DNA from: Balanoglossus misakiensis
Taxonomy: Eukaryota; Animalia; Hemichordata
Reading direction: 5' to 3'
Assembly: GCA_040954595.2 (NCBI GenBank)
Contig: CM082594.2
Location: forward strand, 6,085,962-6,149,961
Length of the DNA stretch: 64,000 bases
In this document: positions 41,882 to 53,238 of the stretch, in pieces
Layout: each line of letters starts with the position of its first letter
Numbering within the stretch: the stretch's first letter is position 1
Program-made: the position numbers and the translations under genes
Notes under the pieces: generated by a model
Seen by the model: the letters and a program-made list of their open reading frames with translations, nothing else
What the model was told of the DNA's origin: nothing
The model's database searches: none

Positions 41882-42677
41882 CCCTTGCACGTGGCATGAT
41901 GTGCTCCTTGAGGATATTTTTGAAGTCGTAGTCCCTGTCCTCTTCGGATAAGTGCTCGTTGAATGCTTGGTAACGGTCGTCCATCGGGTACTCCAGGCCC
42001 AGCGAGGGGTCTTCGGCGTTTGCCCTGGTCATCACCGCCGCCAGCTCCGCGTTGAAGAACCAGCACTCCCGGAAGGCGATCTGGTCGACGTCGTCGTCCT
42101 TCAGCAGGGTCGCGATCTTGCCGTAGCCGAAGTGCTTGAGCATCTCCACCACGAACTCGGCCGTTTTCTGGTGGGTGCCCAGCGTCCGCGTCAGCATGCG
42201 GAACTCGTGCTGCTTGTTGGAGAACGGGCGCGCCCCTGCCCCCGCCGTCAGCACGGGGATATCCCAGTGGCTCGCCATGCGGACCACCGGCCCCGCCGTG
42301 TAGGTGCAAGCGGGGCCGAATATCGCGTCCACCTCGATCTCCTTCACGTTCCTGATGAGTTCGACGGTTTTGATGGTGGACACGTACGAGGAACATTTCG
42401 AGTCATCGAAGTGTATGGTGACGTTGCAACTCGGTAGTAAGGCCGGGTCAGCGTTCACTTTCTCCACGGCTATCTCCATGCCCGGTCCGACCATCTCTAA
42501 CCGGTAGGGATACATGTTGACAAGGTTATCTTCGTGGCCACTCATCGTCAGTATGGTACCCAGGTGTATGTTCATTGTCTCCTCGGTTTGGCCGCCCAGA
42601 CGTCGACAGTCAACAAACTTCCTTACACTGTTTTGCAGCATCGAAAAAACTACTAAGTATCGTAAAACAGCCAGCAT
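41882..42677 (-). CDS. First coding exon 'C' of NPR-like receptor guanylyl cyclase (paralogous extracellular-domain exon)
   Basis: The ORF-track start at 42749 is TTG; the first ATG is at 42677 (accATG), followed by signal-like MLAVLRYLVVFSML. Motifs DAIFGPACTYTAGPVVRMASHWDIPVLTAGA, EFRMLTR, RECWFF. Ends CCA CGT GCA AGG G|GTAAGT (intron starts at 41881, phase 1). About 78% identical to exon B over the mature region (about 50 differences in about 231 aa by hand count). Confidence 0.93.
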
Positions 42678-42874
42678 GGTGCTATCAAACCATTCCTGGT
42701 ATCGTAGACCACCAGAAAATAAAGATCTTGCCGATGTCCCGGCATACAATTAGACAAAAAGCGCTGCAGTGACTTTGTTTGAATTCCACCCACTGCAGCC
42801 ACGAACGTTAGCGACACCAAACTCAACAAGCCCGCGATAACAATGGCTCAACATGTTGTTCGAATGAATTATAA

Positions 42875-42935
42875 GTTAAACGTCCCACCTCTCGTATTCG
42901 AGGGCTAATGTTTAAGAGGTTAAACGTCCCACCTC
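42875..42935. repeat. 17-bp direct repeat GTTAAACGTCCCACCTC upstream of exon C
   Basis: Identical copies at 42875-42891 and 42919-42935. A related motif GAGGTTCAATGTCCCCACTTC lies upstream of exon B (40588-40608). Confidence 0.8.
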
Positions 42936-44307
42936 CTTGAACACAGGTTATCAGTTAGACACACGCCACGCAGCTGTGGCTGGCTCTACAGCAAAACTTG
43001 GTCCAGGATAGGCCACCCCTATAACAGGAATCGGTCACCGGCCTGCCCCAAACTTCGGGTCTGCCGATGCGAACGTTGGACTCACTTGAGAAGTGCACAC
43101 CATTATACTTATCCCCCCGACCTTTAAGATGACCGAGTCGCCCAATAAGTCAGGACCCAGTTTTCCTGGGCAAATTTCAGACGGTGTTTTGAATCGAAGT
43201 GTTACCACTGCAGAAACCCCAACTCTCGACCTCTCGCTTGCTGCTTTCCGCATACACGCTCAATCCATCACAAACCACCCCTTTTAATAATCTCCAAGAT
43301 CGTAATGCATTGAACGCACACATTTAACTGTCAAAATCTAACATAACAACACAAAGCAGCCCCGAGTGGAAATACAAGACTGTGCCGCACAATATTGTAA
43401 TACTTTAGTTGGCCACATCCGGGTACCAGAATTTTCCTTCTGTAAACTTGCAACGTAAAAAATTAAAGTGTCACGTTAATTCACTCCGTATGATAACCCG
43501 TTGAAACTCGTTTCGCGGTAGCCGATTGCAACTTCCCTTCTCGAACCAAGAACATGTCACCGAGTCAATATAAGTGGAGTATACAATCATTAATATTAAG
43601 TATTTTCGACATGCGCTTTTTATCCTTTCAGATAAAGAGAAGCTCCTCAGAATAATCATCGAAATGGGCGACCCCCATCAAGTACTTATTATTTCGACTT
43701 GACTTATTTTTTGCAACGATGTGAAAAGTGCATGTTTCCGTCTGCAATTTCATCTAATGGATTACCAACGCTAAGCCACGATTTTGAAAGGTTGTAGACC
43801 CCTTCTTGATCTTTTCAGTCGCCATTTGTATTCGCTCGTCAGAATCCGCTGCACTTTTTGGCAAGTGGCAGCTTTGCAAGAGGTGTAGGTCAAGGGCTGC
43901 ATCGTTTCCATTTTCGACATTGACGTTTACGACAGATATTTAACCCACGAGACGGAAGTGAATGTGTTATTCGCATAGACAACATATTTTGTGCGTTTTA
44001 TGGCAGCCACAAATATTTTATATACCACACTATGACGGAGACCTCGCACGTGTACGTGGGAACCGCATGGGTGATACTTTGATACTTGGTAACGATCTTC
44101 AATGGCCGACAATTTCCACCCCATGATGGCGTCATATACGCAGGTGTGCGTAATTACCCCTGCATGGGGGATTGTCTTTCTTTTTACATGACTCTTTGCT
44201 CTGCCGAAAAGACGAAGCGTGTGGACATGTACATGCATGTGTGTTCTAATCCGAGAATGCACAGACACCAGGCTGTCACATTTGTTGGCTTTCATCTTCG
44301 TTCAGAT

Positions 44308-44405
44308 ACAGAGAGAGTGAGTGAGGGAGTGAGCCAGCCAGCCAGCGAGTCAATGGACAGTCTGGAAGGATGGGTGGCCTAAAGTGAATGGCTGACTGAC
44401 TGACA
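44308..44405. repeat. Degenerate tetranucleotide tract (GAGT/GCCA/GACT)
   Basis: gagagagtgagtgagggagtgagccagccagccagc…gactgactgac. Confidence 0.6.
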
Positions 44406-47400
44406 ACTTGCAATTATGAGGGCGCGGTTTGAGTTACATGTACGGCTTTCTTTAAGTCTTCATTGTTTTTGTCTGAATATGGAATATAATGTAACTGCAA
44501 TTCTCCAAGACGTGCCAAAGAAATCATTGGGCTATGTTCTGTCGGGTAGAAATAAAATGCATCCTTTCTCACGCTGTCCATTAATTCCCCTTCCCTCCCT
44601 CCCACAGCCTCCCTCATCAATAGATACCGGACAATTGAAGTGACAGTGACCGACGACCGGAGCTAAAAAAAGAAGCGTATGGGCATGATTGGCGCTACGG
44701 AATCTGGACTAATTTTCTCAGTGTCGGCGCAGGGCTATTGACCATACATCAAGCGTGGCATCGAAAGATTTACATCGGGAATTCAGCGAACCGATGAAGC
44801 CGCGCAAATAAGAAACTTAACAAATGTCATTAAGAGATTGCACCGTGATATCTGCTGTGGGGATTGAGTCAACATCTTCGGGCACAAGTGTTTTTTGAAG
44901 AGTTGGATACACGCCAAGTATACACTATCAACGGCATTAATCATGAAGTAATATGGTTAGCAGATTTTAGCGACTGCACCAACTCCCAAGCCAAAACCCT
45001 ATACACGTAGATGCTGCGATGGTGGAGGAATGTACTTGTCGCTATTTCTGTATTAGTACACTGAGCATCTTCAAATGTGTCGTGGTTTACATATGTACAT
45101 ATCAGTCGTTCCTGCCTATCAATAATAGATACGGAAACTAGGCCAGGGATGTACAATTGTAGATCTACACATGTACTTCTGAATTATTCGTGCCAATCAA
45201 TATGGATTCACAAACTAGGTCAAGGATTCTCTAACTATGTGGATTGGGAAGGTCGTCTTTTAGGATCGCCCATTTAAGAAGCTGACACTAATTGGAAAGA
45301 TCACCCAGGTTCTAAACTGTACATCAAGTATGGTGGCCATTCGATCGATCGATCAAATGAATAATTAAACTATTTTATGATTATGTCATGAGCACGACTT
45401 TCTAGCGCACACTCCAGAATTGTGCAGTAGCATTTTAGATTGGATTGATCCCAAGCTGCAGTACGAATATAACAAAAACACTCAAATGTTAACTACATGT
45501 GTCAAGAGGTTCTGTTTTCGCAATTGCTTATCAGGCGTGTGAAAAATTTATACATACAAGAAATACATGCGGATGTATATATCTGTGGATCACCACTAAC
45601 GTGGTATTTTTCTGTCAGATTTAATTTTTTTAACAACGGACTCCACATTTTATCTGTCTGGTCATACAAAGTTCAAATCCGCTGCTTGGAAATTGTGTCA
45701 ATAACAACATTGTTTGAATATCACGGTAAATTCGCGACAGATGCACAAAATATTCTCTGACATTAGCACTCGCTCTGGCCGCAAGCTTTACCATCTGTCA
45801 AAGGTCAGTTTCCAATTCCAAGGGCAAAAGACACACGACTTGTGAGTTGCTGGAAGGCATTTTTTGACGACAATACGATGACGCAGGAAAATAATTTTCG
45901 TGTCAGTCTCTGCATATACACAACAAGGCTAATGGTTGTCAGGCGGATGTTAAGACTTCTTCCCTTCCCATGGCGTACGTAATAGTCGCATATATGTGCA
46001 ATTGTTGAGCTCAGTCGTAAATACGACCATTTCGACTATTAAATTACCAACAGTGCCATTGTGATGAAAAGGAAGATTATGCAGTCTCCAAGTAAAGAGA
46101 TGGTAGTCAATAACCAACATCATCAGCATTCACAACATTCACTGATTTACGTACGTCGAATGCTCGCTATATGACTGAATTTATTCCAGATGCCATAAAA
46201 TCCGTTTTATGGTCTATTTCTGAAACCACGCGAATGGCAATGTAGACATGCCTGGAATTTTACATCTATCTGTACCATAAAACAACTGGAAGAGAATCAG
46301 TTTCGATCATTCAGAACTATAATTCAGACGACACAGACTGCGAACCATCCCAGCTGTTGATTACTGACAATCGGGTGTTACAATACTAATCCGAAATCCC
46401 AGTCTCATTACAGTGACAAGTCTGCCGTGTTTTTGTCTGTTGTCAAGGGAGCACTGATTCCGCGATGGTGTCTGAAAACCTCAAAGTGAGGGCATTTTGT
46501 CGAAATTACACCATTTTCCCACGGCTTATCTCGCCGTACGATTGTAAACACGAGACTTCTCGGAGCTTAATCTTTAGCCTATCAGGACTTTGACTGTACA
46601 TTACACTGAACGGCGGCTTTCCATTTATATTGGGTTTCTTGATGTAGCCTTCGCAATGAGGCGATTTGCAAACGTGTATGGAATTCAAATTGTGTCACTG
46701 CAAGAGTCGAATGCCTAGAAAGATCAATCTTATCGTTTGCTATTGAATTGTTAACAACTACACGTACCCATATGTGGCCACATTCGTAACAAAAGGATGA
46801 ACAATGGTGGAAGAAAGCTCTTTATAATATTCAAATTCAAGCACTTGTTCGATGTTCATGCTAAGATGGACGCATTCTCAGCCAGTCTTCGGATTACTCC
46901 ATTTATTTTACATTCCCTTACAAATTTGTGTCATAAATAAGATGCAATGAACCAATAAAATAAAGATTATTGCAAATTGCTCACATTTATCTGAAATACA
47001 CCAAGGCATTCCATGAACTAGTAGGGATGAAAACATCGCTTAAATTAAAGCGACATGTTGATAAAACTTTGATATACTACTGGAGGGGATATGAGAATAA
47101 GAAACTAAGCGATCTTGACGGGGTTAAGAAGAAAGTATTTCTAGATCACAAGCATAACTTGCAGCAAATTCGAAGCAGCTGCCGAAATCCAGGATGTTCA
47201 GATGTCTGACAGACGATCAGATATGCCATACACATTTTCGCAATTTTGATGTTGGTATGCTTACTGATGGCGGTGGGAAACATCTCTCATCAAGGAAATA
47301 TTACGACATGCACGTGTATTTTGCCTCTCAAAGCACTGCAGAACAACTGACGACCTGTTGAAATGTGGTGCGTTGAAAGATGATTACAGGCTGTGTTTTC

Positions 47401-47607
47401 ATTACTTGGCTGGAGTTTGACATTGCAACTGGCTAAGGTACTTTTTTGCAACTCGTGCAATCCGCCATGAAGCAAGGAAGCAAACAGACCATGTTAACGT
47501 CGCAAGTGACATTTGACGGCACATTGGCCTTCTGAAGCGTTGGGGTTGGAACAAGTTAAACACCTTTATGTAGACTATAGCAATTTAACTATAGAAATTA
47601 AAGTCCC

Positions 47608-47692
47608 ATTCGATACAATTGAATTGGTTCGATTCGATGTGATTCGATTCAATTCAATCCAATCTAGCCCAATCAAGACTAATCCAATCTTA
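47608..47692. repeat. Degenerate pentanucleotide tract (ATTCG/AATTC/AATCC)
   Basis: ttcgattcgatgtgattcgattcaattcaatccaatctagcccaatc. Confidence 0.6.
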
Positions 47693-49689
47693 GCCCCAGA
47701 CTAAATTTGTCACCAGGGAGTTATCACCCCATCAATGATAGCAAGTAAAGCGTTTCTGTATGAGGATACATTTTCGTGGAGTAAAAGGCAAGCGAAGAGC
47801 TCTTACATGTCAGTCTACGGTTTCAGCCTTTTTTGCTATACTTTACGTCAGTGGGTGGTTATCAACACATTTCGCTATGCACCCAAAATAAATGAGCGGG
47901 TGTTGAGGGCTCTCTGACAGCGTATGTACATCGCTAACAAAAGCAGCATCTATTGGACGATAACACAAGAACATGGCCGCTTATAATGCGTACAATGGAG
48001 ATATGGGTAGCCATACTGTAGGGGCTATATCTAAATTTCAAGTGCTACATCAGTAATTCTTTGCTACTAAACAACCACAGTGATTAACCATAAAGATATT
48101 CTTTGGTCCACCTAAGTACGAACTTAATGACTATGTTTCCTTAGTAACCAATTGACAGCATGAATGCATGCATACACTGTAGAACATGCCTTGTTCGTTG
48201 TCAAGTAGCAGATAATCTATAGCAACGCCCTTCAGAGAATGCACAAAAAGTCACTGATGGTCCTTATGTTCTGCTGAGTTATCTGAATTCCATCGTCAAC
48301 TCGTAGCATCCTGACAATTAATGACATTTCAGAGCTGTGGCCTCACGGATGCAGATTGTAACCCGTTCACAATTGGTGTTCGCATAGGCTGTTGTAGCAC
48401 AATTGGGACTATTACGGGATAATAACATACAAGTAAAGTGTGTAAAAACGAGCAAATATCTGTCGAACTAGTATTTGAACCTGAGAGAGGCATAATAGAT
48501 GATTTTCCGCCCATTGGCAGATCTCGCAATACATGGGTAATTACCGTAGCAACGGCATGCCTGCGTGCTGGCACTAATACAAGCTAAACTCTGTGTAAAA
48601 CTAGAATACAGTTAACTAAAACATTTAACTTTTGAGCCGTTTCCCAAACATCAACATCTGTACCAGGAAGAAACGATCTAATGTAAGTAATGTTTTTTGC
48701 CCGAGTGGCGTTTGCATACACATGTTGACGTGTTAACTAACATAGTTGAGTCGATAGACGATGTTTCAAGCGAATTCTGTATTTTTTCCTGGTGGCAAGC
48801 AACCGGTAAATGCCTGCCCCTGGGCGAATTCTGACGTGAAATGTCTCTGGAGCTCACCCCAGAAAATTGAGGTCAGTGCAAAGACCAAATATCGTAAATT
48901 ATTACAGGTACAAACTACATCGTACTGCGAACCCGTCAGGTATACTCGTTTGCCACTGTTTGACCCCAGGGGCCAACATCAAAACCATTCAGCCATGTTG
49001 TTTATCGCAATTTTAATTTCGATTGATTAGGTTGAAGTCTGTTTTCTATGCAAGTGTGTCTTTCCACAGGCGAAGGACGTTTTTAATCAGGGGATTTAAG
49101 TAAGCCTCAAGGAGTTATTCAATGCAGGGATAGAAGACGACAGGTTGGCAAAGCGCACCACCAGATGAAGAGTATTTACCTAGCATCAACACATTATTAG
49201 AACTAGGATCACAATATCCAAATCAAGAAGAAGTTGGACAATAACACTATGAACATAAATAAAGATTGTGGGATTTATAAAGTTTGTCATAAGGCCTTAG
49301 ACATGCGGCTAATGAGCCAAATCGGATTTGCCATGTGCCCAATCGTCGCCTTGCTCCAGCCATGCAGGAAATCGCAAGTGAACTCTGCCAAGTCACAAAT
49401 CACTTTATTATCCCATGTCACTGAGTAAACGAAGTTGCCAACATCCAACATCAATATATCAGATACGCCATTCTGAGACAGATTCTGAAAAAATGATTTT
49501 GAGAAAATCCGACCAACTCAAGCAGAAATATTTAATGGAAAAGTAACACTTGTTGATGTCCTCCATTTATTAAGAACTGCCAAGCAACCCTAACTTGCGA
49601 CTCAGAACAAGGCAGACATGAAGAACCTGAGAAAATTTAAACATTTAGTTCTAGGTCATACAAAGTAGAAGAGACGCATTCTTATTTTT

Positions 49690-49823
49690 CTTAATTAATT
49701 AATTAAATTATTAATTAATCATTCAATCAATGAATTTACGCATTTTTCCATTTACTGACTAACTAACCAACCAACCAACCAACTAACTAACTAGTTAATC
49801 AATTAATCAATCAATCAATCAAT
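49690..49823. repeat. AT-rich tetranucleotide microsatellite mosaic (TTAA)(CTAA)(CCAA)(TCAA)
   Basis: Seen directly in the sequence. Confidence 0.85.
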
Positions 49824-50185
49824 TATGATACATCGCGATATAGCCCTCAAATCGATCCTTGGTAGCTGCAGAGATGTGATCTTCATGTAAAGATAAATGT
49901 ATGGCTCTGACACAGTAGGTATTGAAATAGAGAAAGCCGTAAATGACAAGCAGAGACTAGTATAGTCAGCAAATTAAGCTACGCACTGACGAAGCATCCA
50001 AAGTGGTCAGAGGTGAACACATGTACCCAGCAGGACATTCATTCCGGATCATGTCGTTGGTATGTGTCACACCAAGAAGTGTGATCCGCATAAGAATCTC
50101 TGTGATTCCCTGCCGAGTGAAATATTCCCATGAAGCGTCCTGGCAATGACATGTCTAATAGCTCCGTATTTATTTCATGACAAGT

Positions 50186-50227
50186 ATGTGGGTAATAATA
50201 ACACAAATGTGGGTGATAATAACACAA
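50186..50227. repeat. 21-bp tandem duplication
   Basis: ATGTGGGTAATAATAACACAA followed by ATGTGGGTGATAATAACACAA. Confidence 0.85.
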
Positions 50228-53224
50228 AGTCATTAACCCCGAGAACACAATTACTTTGTCGTGGCACCTGTCCCATCTTCTGCAGTATGAACAATCTCCC
50301 AGGATAGACATTAACTTTTTGACAAGTGAAATAAGAGGTGACACTCTTCATGATACAAAAGACGCTGATAACGTATCCAGCAGATTATCATTATTTCGGA
50401 TTTGGCAGTATGTGCAATCCACCAGGGAAATAAACATTTGTGATCAGTAGTGGTACAGGTGAAGCTGTTTATACAAAAAACATCAGATAACGTAATTACA
50501 AGTTAACAGCTTTTGGAACATGGGGCTACACTGTGTGGAAATATTACACATGCCACGAACAAATGCAAGCTGTCAAAATTGTTTTTCTTCCCTGAACCAT
50601 GTAGCAGCATTCAACGGAGCCCTCCTTTGATACGCAACTAACTCATTCCATATTTATTTTACAATTGACAGCTTATAAAACGAAAAGGGATATTACATTT
50701 CCGGCCTTTATAATGACACCTTCTGGTTTTTTGAAAACAGTCCTGTTCTACTATACGACACAATTTGCTGGCAAAGATAATGATGTACCAAGCTCCTATT
50801 ACACATATACTCTTATCTGGCCAACTGTCACATTATGACGATGGCCCATCGATCAGTAGAATGTGATATACAGAAGCAAGCGATCTCATTTATGTTGTTT
50901 ATGCTTTATTTCTGCAATATCACGTTAACACACTTAGGAGTGTGTAACCTATAGCTCCATTGTTTATACGTCTCGAGTATTTGCCATAAAGTCTACGAGT
51001 GAAGTGACAGTTCTAACATCTCTTTGAAAAATGTGTGTTATTTTATGAATACATAGAGCAGTCGGGCATACAACGAGGACAGCAGAAAACAAGATGACTT
51101 TGATCCACTGTAAGACTTCAGAAACTGAATTCAAGTACGTGCATGACAGCATAAATTACAAATCATAAGTGTGCTGAAGTAGGTAACATTTGTACATGTG
51201 ATTAAAACTGGGAAACCTATGTCAGATTTTGCCTCCAGGCACAGATGGCGTTCGTGTTTCCTTAAATAACACTTGAGCTAAAAATCAATCTTCTAATGTG
51301 ATCGACCAAGAAAGAATGTTCTTACTTGTTTAATTAGGGCAGGTACAGGCACGTGTCTTAGGTTAAACCTTTGCAGCAGTAAATAAACCTTTGTGCCATT
51401 TCATAATTTTAAATCTGAATATTTTGTACAGTCTTTTCAATGTGAAAACTTTGATGGAAACGAAGATGTGATACATGAAACCAGTTTTACAAACCAAGTT
51501 TGTAAACCTGAGGCAATTTAATTATATTTAACCCAAAGGCTTCCATAATACATGCCTTATACTTTAAAAGAAATTATTTTTAGGCATGCACAGAAATTAG
51601 AGGCTACACCTATCTCCATAGTCATCATTTTAAATCTGAACCATCTGAAAAAGAATTATCTCAGTACCAGATATATTTCAAAGTATCTTGTTTCACTTAT
51701 ATTATTACAGCTATTTTTAATGATAACTATTACAATTTTTAAAACTCAAATCCGCCGCCTACCAAGCTAGCATCTATCTTCATTAATGGAATAATGCCTT
51801 TAAGGGTCACATATTACCTGTACAAGCAATGACATGTATTAGCTTACTGTACACAATGCAAATTAAAAATTCCACTTTCTGTCATGTCCTTTTCTCCTAT
51901 GATTTATGTACTCTTTTGGAATTACCTTTGTGATAACAGAAGCATGATAGATGAACTCAGCATCGCTATAATTTAAGCTAATTTAATGAGCAGTTCGGCT
52001 AAAATGATATCTTCTTTTGGGATATGATTATAGTAGATGATTAATCATGCTGTGGTATGTCCACATATTGGGTATGAGTTGGGCTGTGATGGCCAGTCCT
52101 ATTTTAATTATGACCAGAAGTCAAAATAACAATTTGAGAATGAGCCTATTTAACAAAGATAAATAGGCAGTTGTCAGCGAAGTGTTGAGTTGACGTGACA
52201 AGAGTGTTTAATTATTTGAAACAATCAGTATGAGTCGAGATAGCTAGCGTGCTCGTAAATTTGCGCCTGGTTTTGAGTTAAGGGGTTTTTAATTTACCTC
52301 TAGGTTCACGGGTAACTGCATCAGAAAGTTGACTCAACTCGGAAGTCAGATTGTAGCGATAATTCATTCGATTCCACACATGCGCAAACCATCATTTTCA
52401 TCCATGACCGTCAATCAATTACCAACACCATCACTTAATATTTAGTGACCGTACATTAAATGGGCGTGATAACATCAGATGGATCAAAAGAGCCCTCACA
52501 TAAATCGTCAGTGAACGTGGTAATAAAATGGTTCATAAAATTCTCAGGTCGCAAAAGTGAACTTGGATCTAAATCACCATACTATATATAAAGAGTTCAC
52601 CCAATGGGATTTCTTAAAGAGTTGCAAAGTTTTATGGGATGCCGAGCGATGACGTAGGATGGGAAAAAAACATGCTGTAACAGATTGGCCATAATATCCG
52701 AGAATATGATTTTTTTGCATGTTTTGGTCTGCTTATTGCTGGGGTGCTCATAGAGTAGTGAATGTATTTTTTTGTAATTTCCATATAAATAGTTGTATTA
52801 TATACTGTTGATGCTGCTGGGCAGATTTATGTACACTACTTAGAGAATTGAAACATGGATTGCTGGCCATGAAAATTGCCTTCAAATGTTTGCAACATTC
52901 CTCACAATAAAAATTGTTCAAAATAAACGCCGGGGGAATATGGCCATTTGGGGAACAATGAGTGTGGAACAGGACCGCCGTACAATAAAAAATATTTGAA
53001 TCAGCTTTGATTTTCAATTGTTGAAAAATGTATCTGCCTCCATCCTTTTTTCAAAAGAAATCATAGTAGATCGTAATATTTCGTAACATTAATCGTAACA
53101 TTTCCCAACGGCTCTGTCAGCAGAAACTCTCATTCACACAGAAATTATAGCAGCCGTCAAATAGGATCAATATCAAAGTAACATGCAATATTACCAGATG
53201 AGGAAAACAACACAAAGTGTTCAT

Positions 53225-53238
53225 GTTTCCATAGAAAC
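53225..53238. promoter_or_regulatory. RFX X-box motif GTTTCCATAGAAAC
   Basis: Full match to the GTHNYY-AT-RRNAAC X-box consensus. One of several near-matches in the window. Confidence 0.4.
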
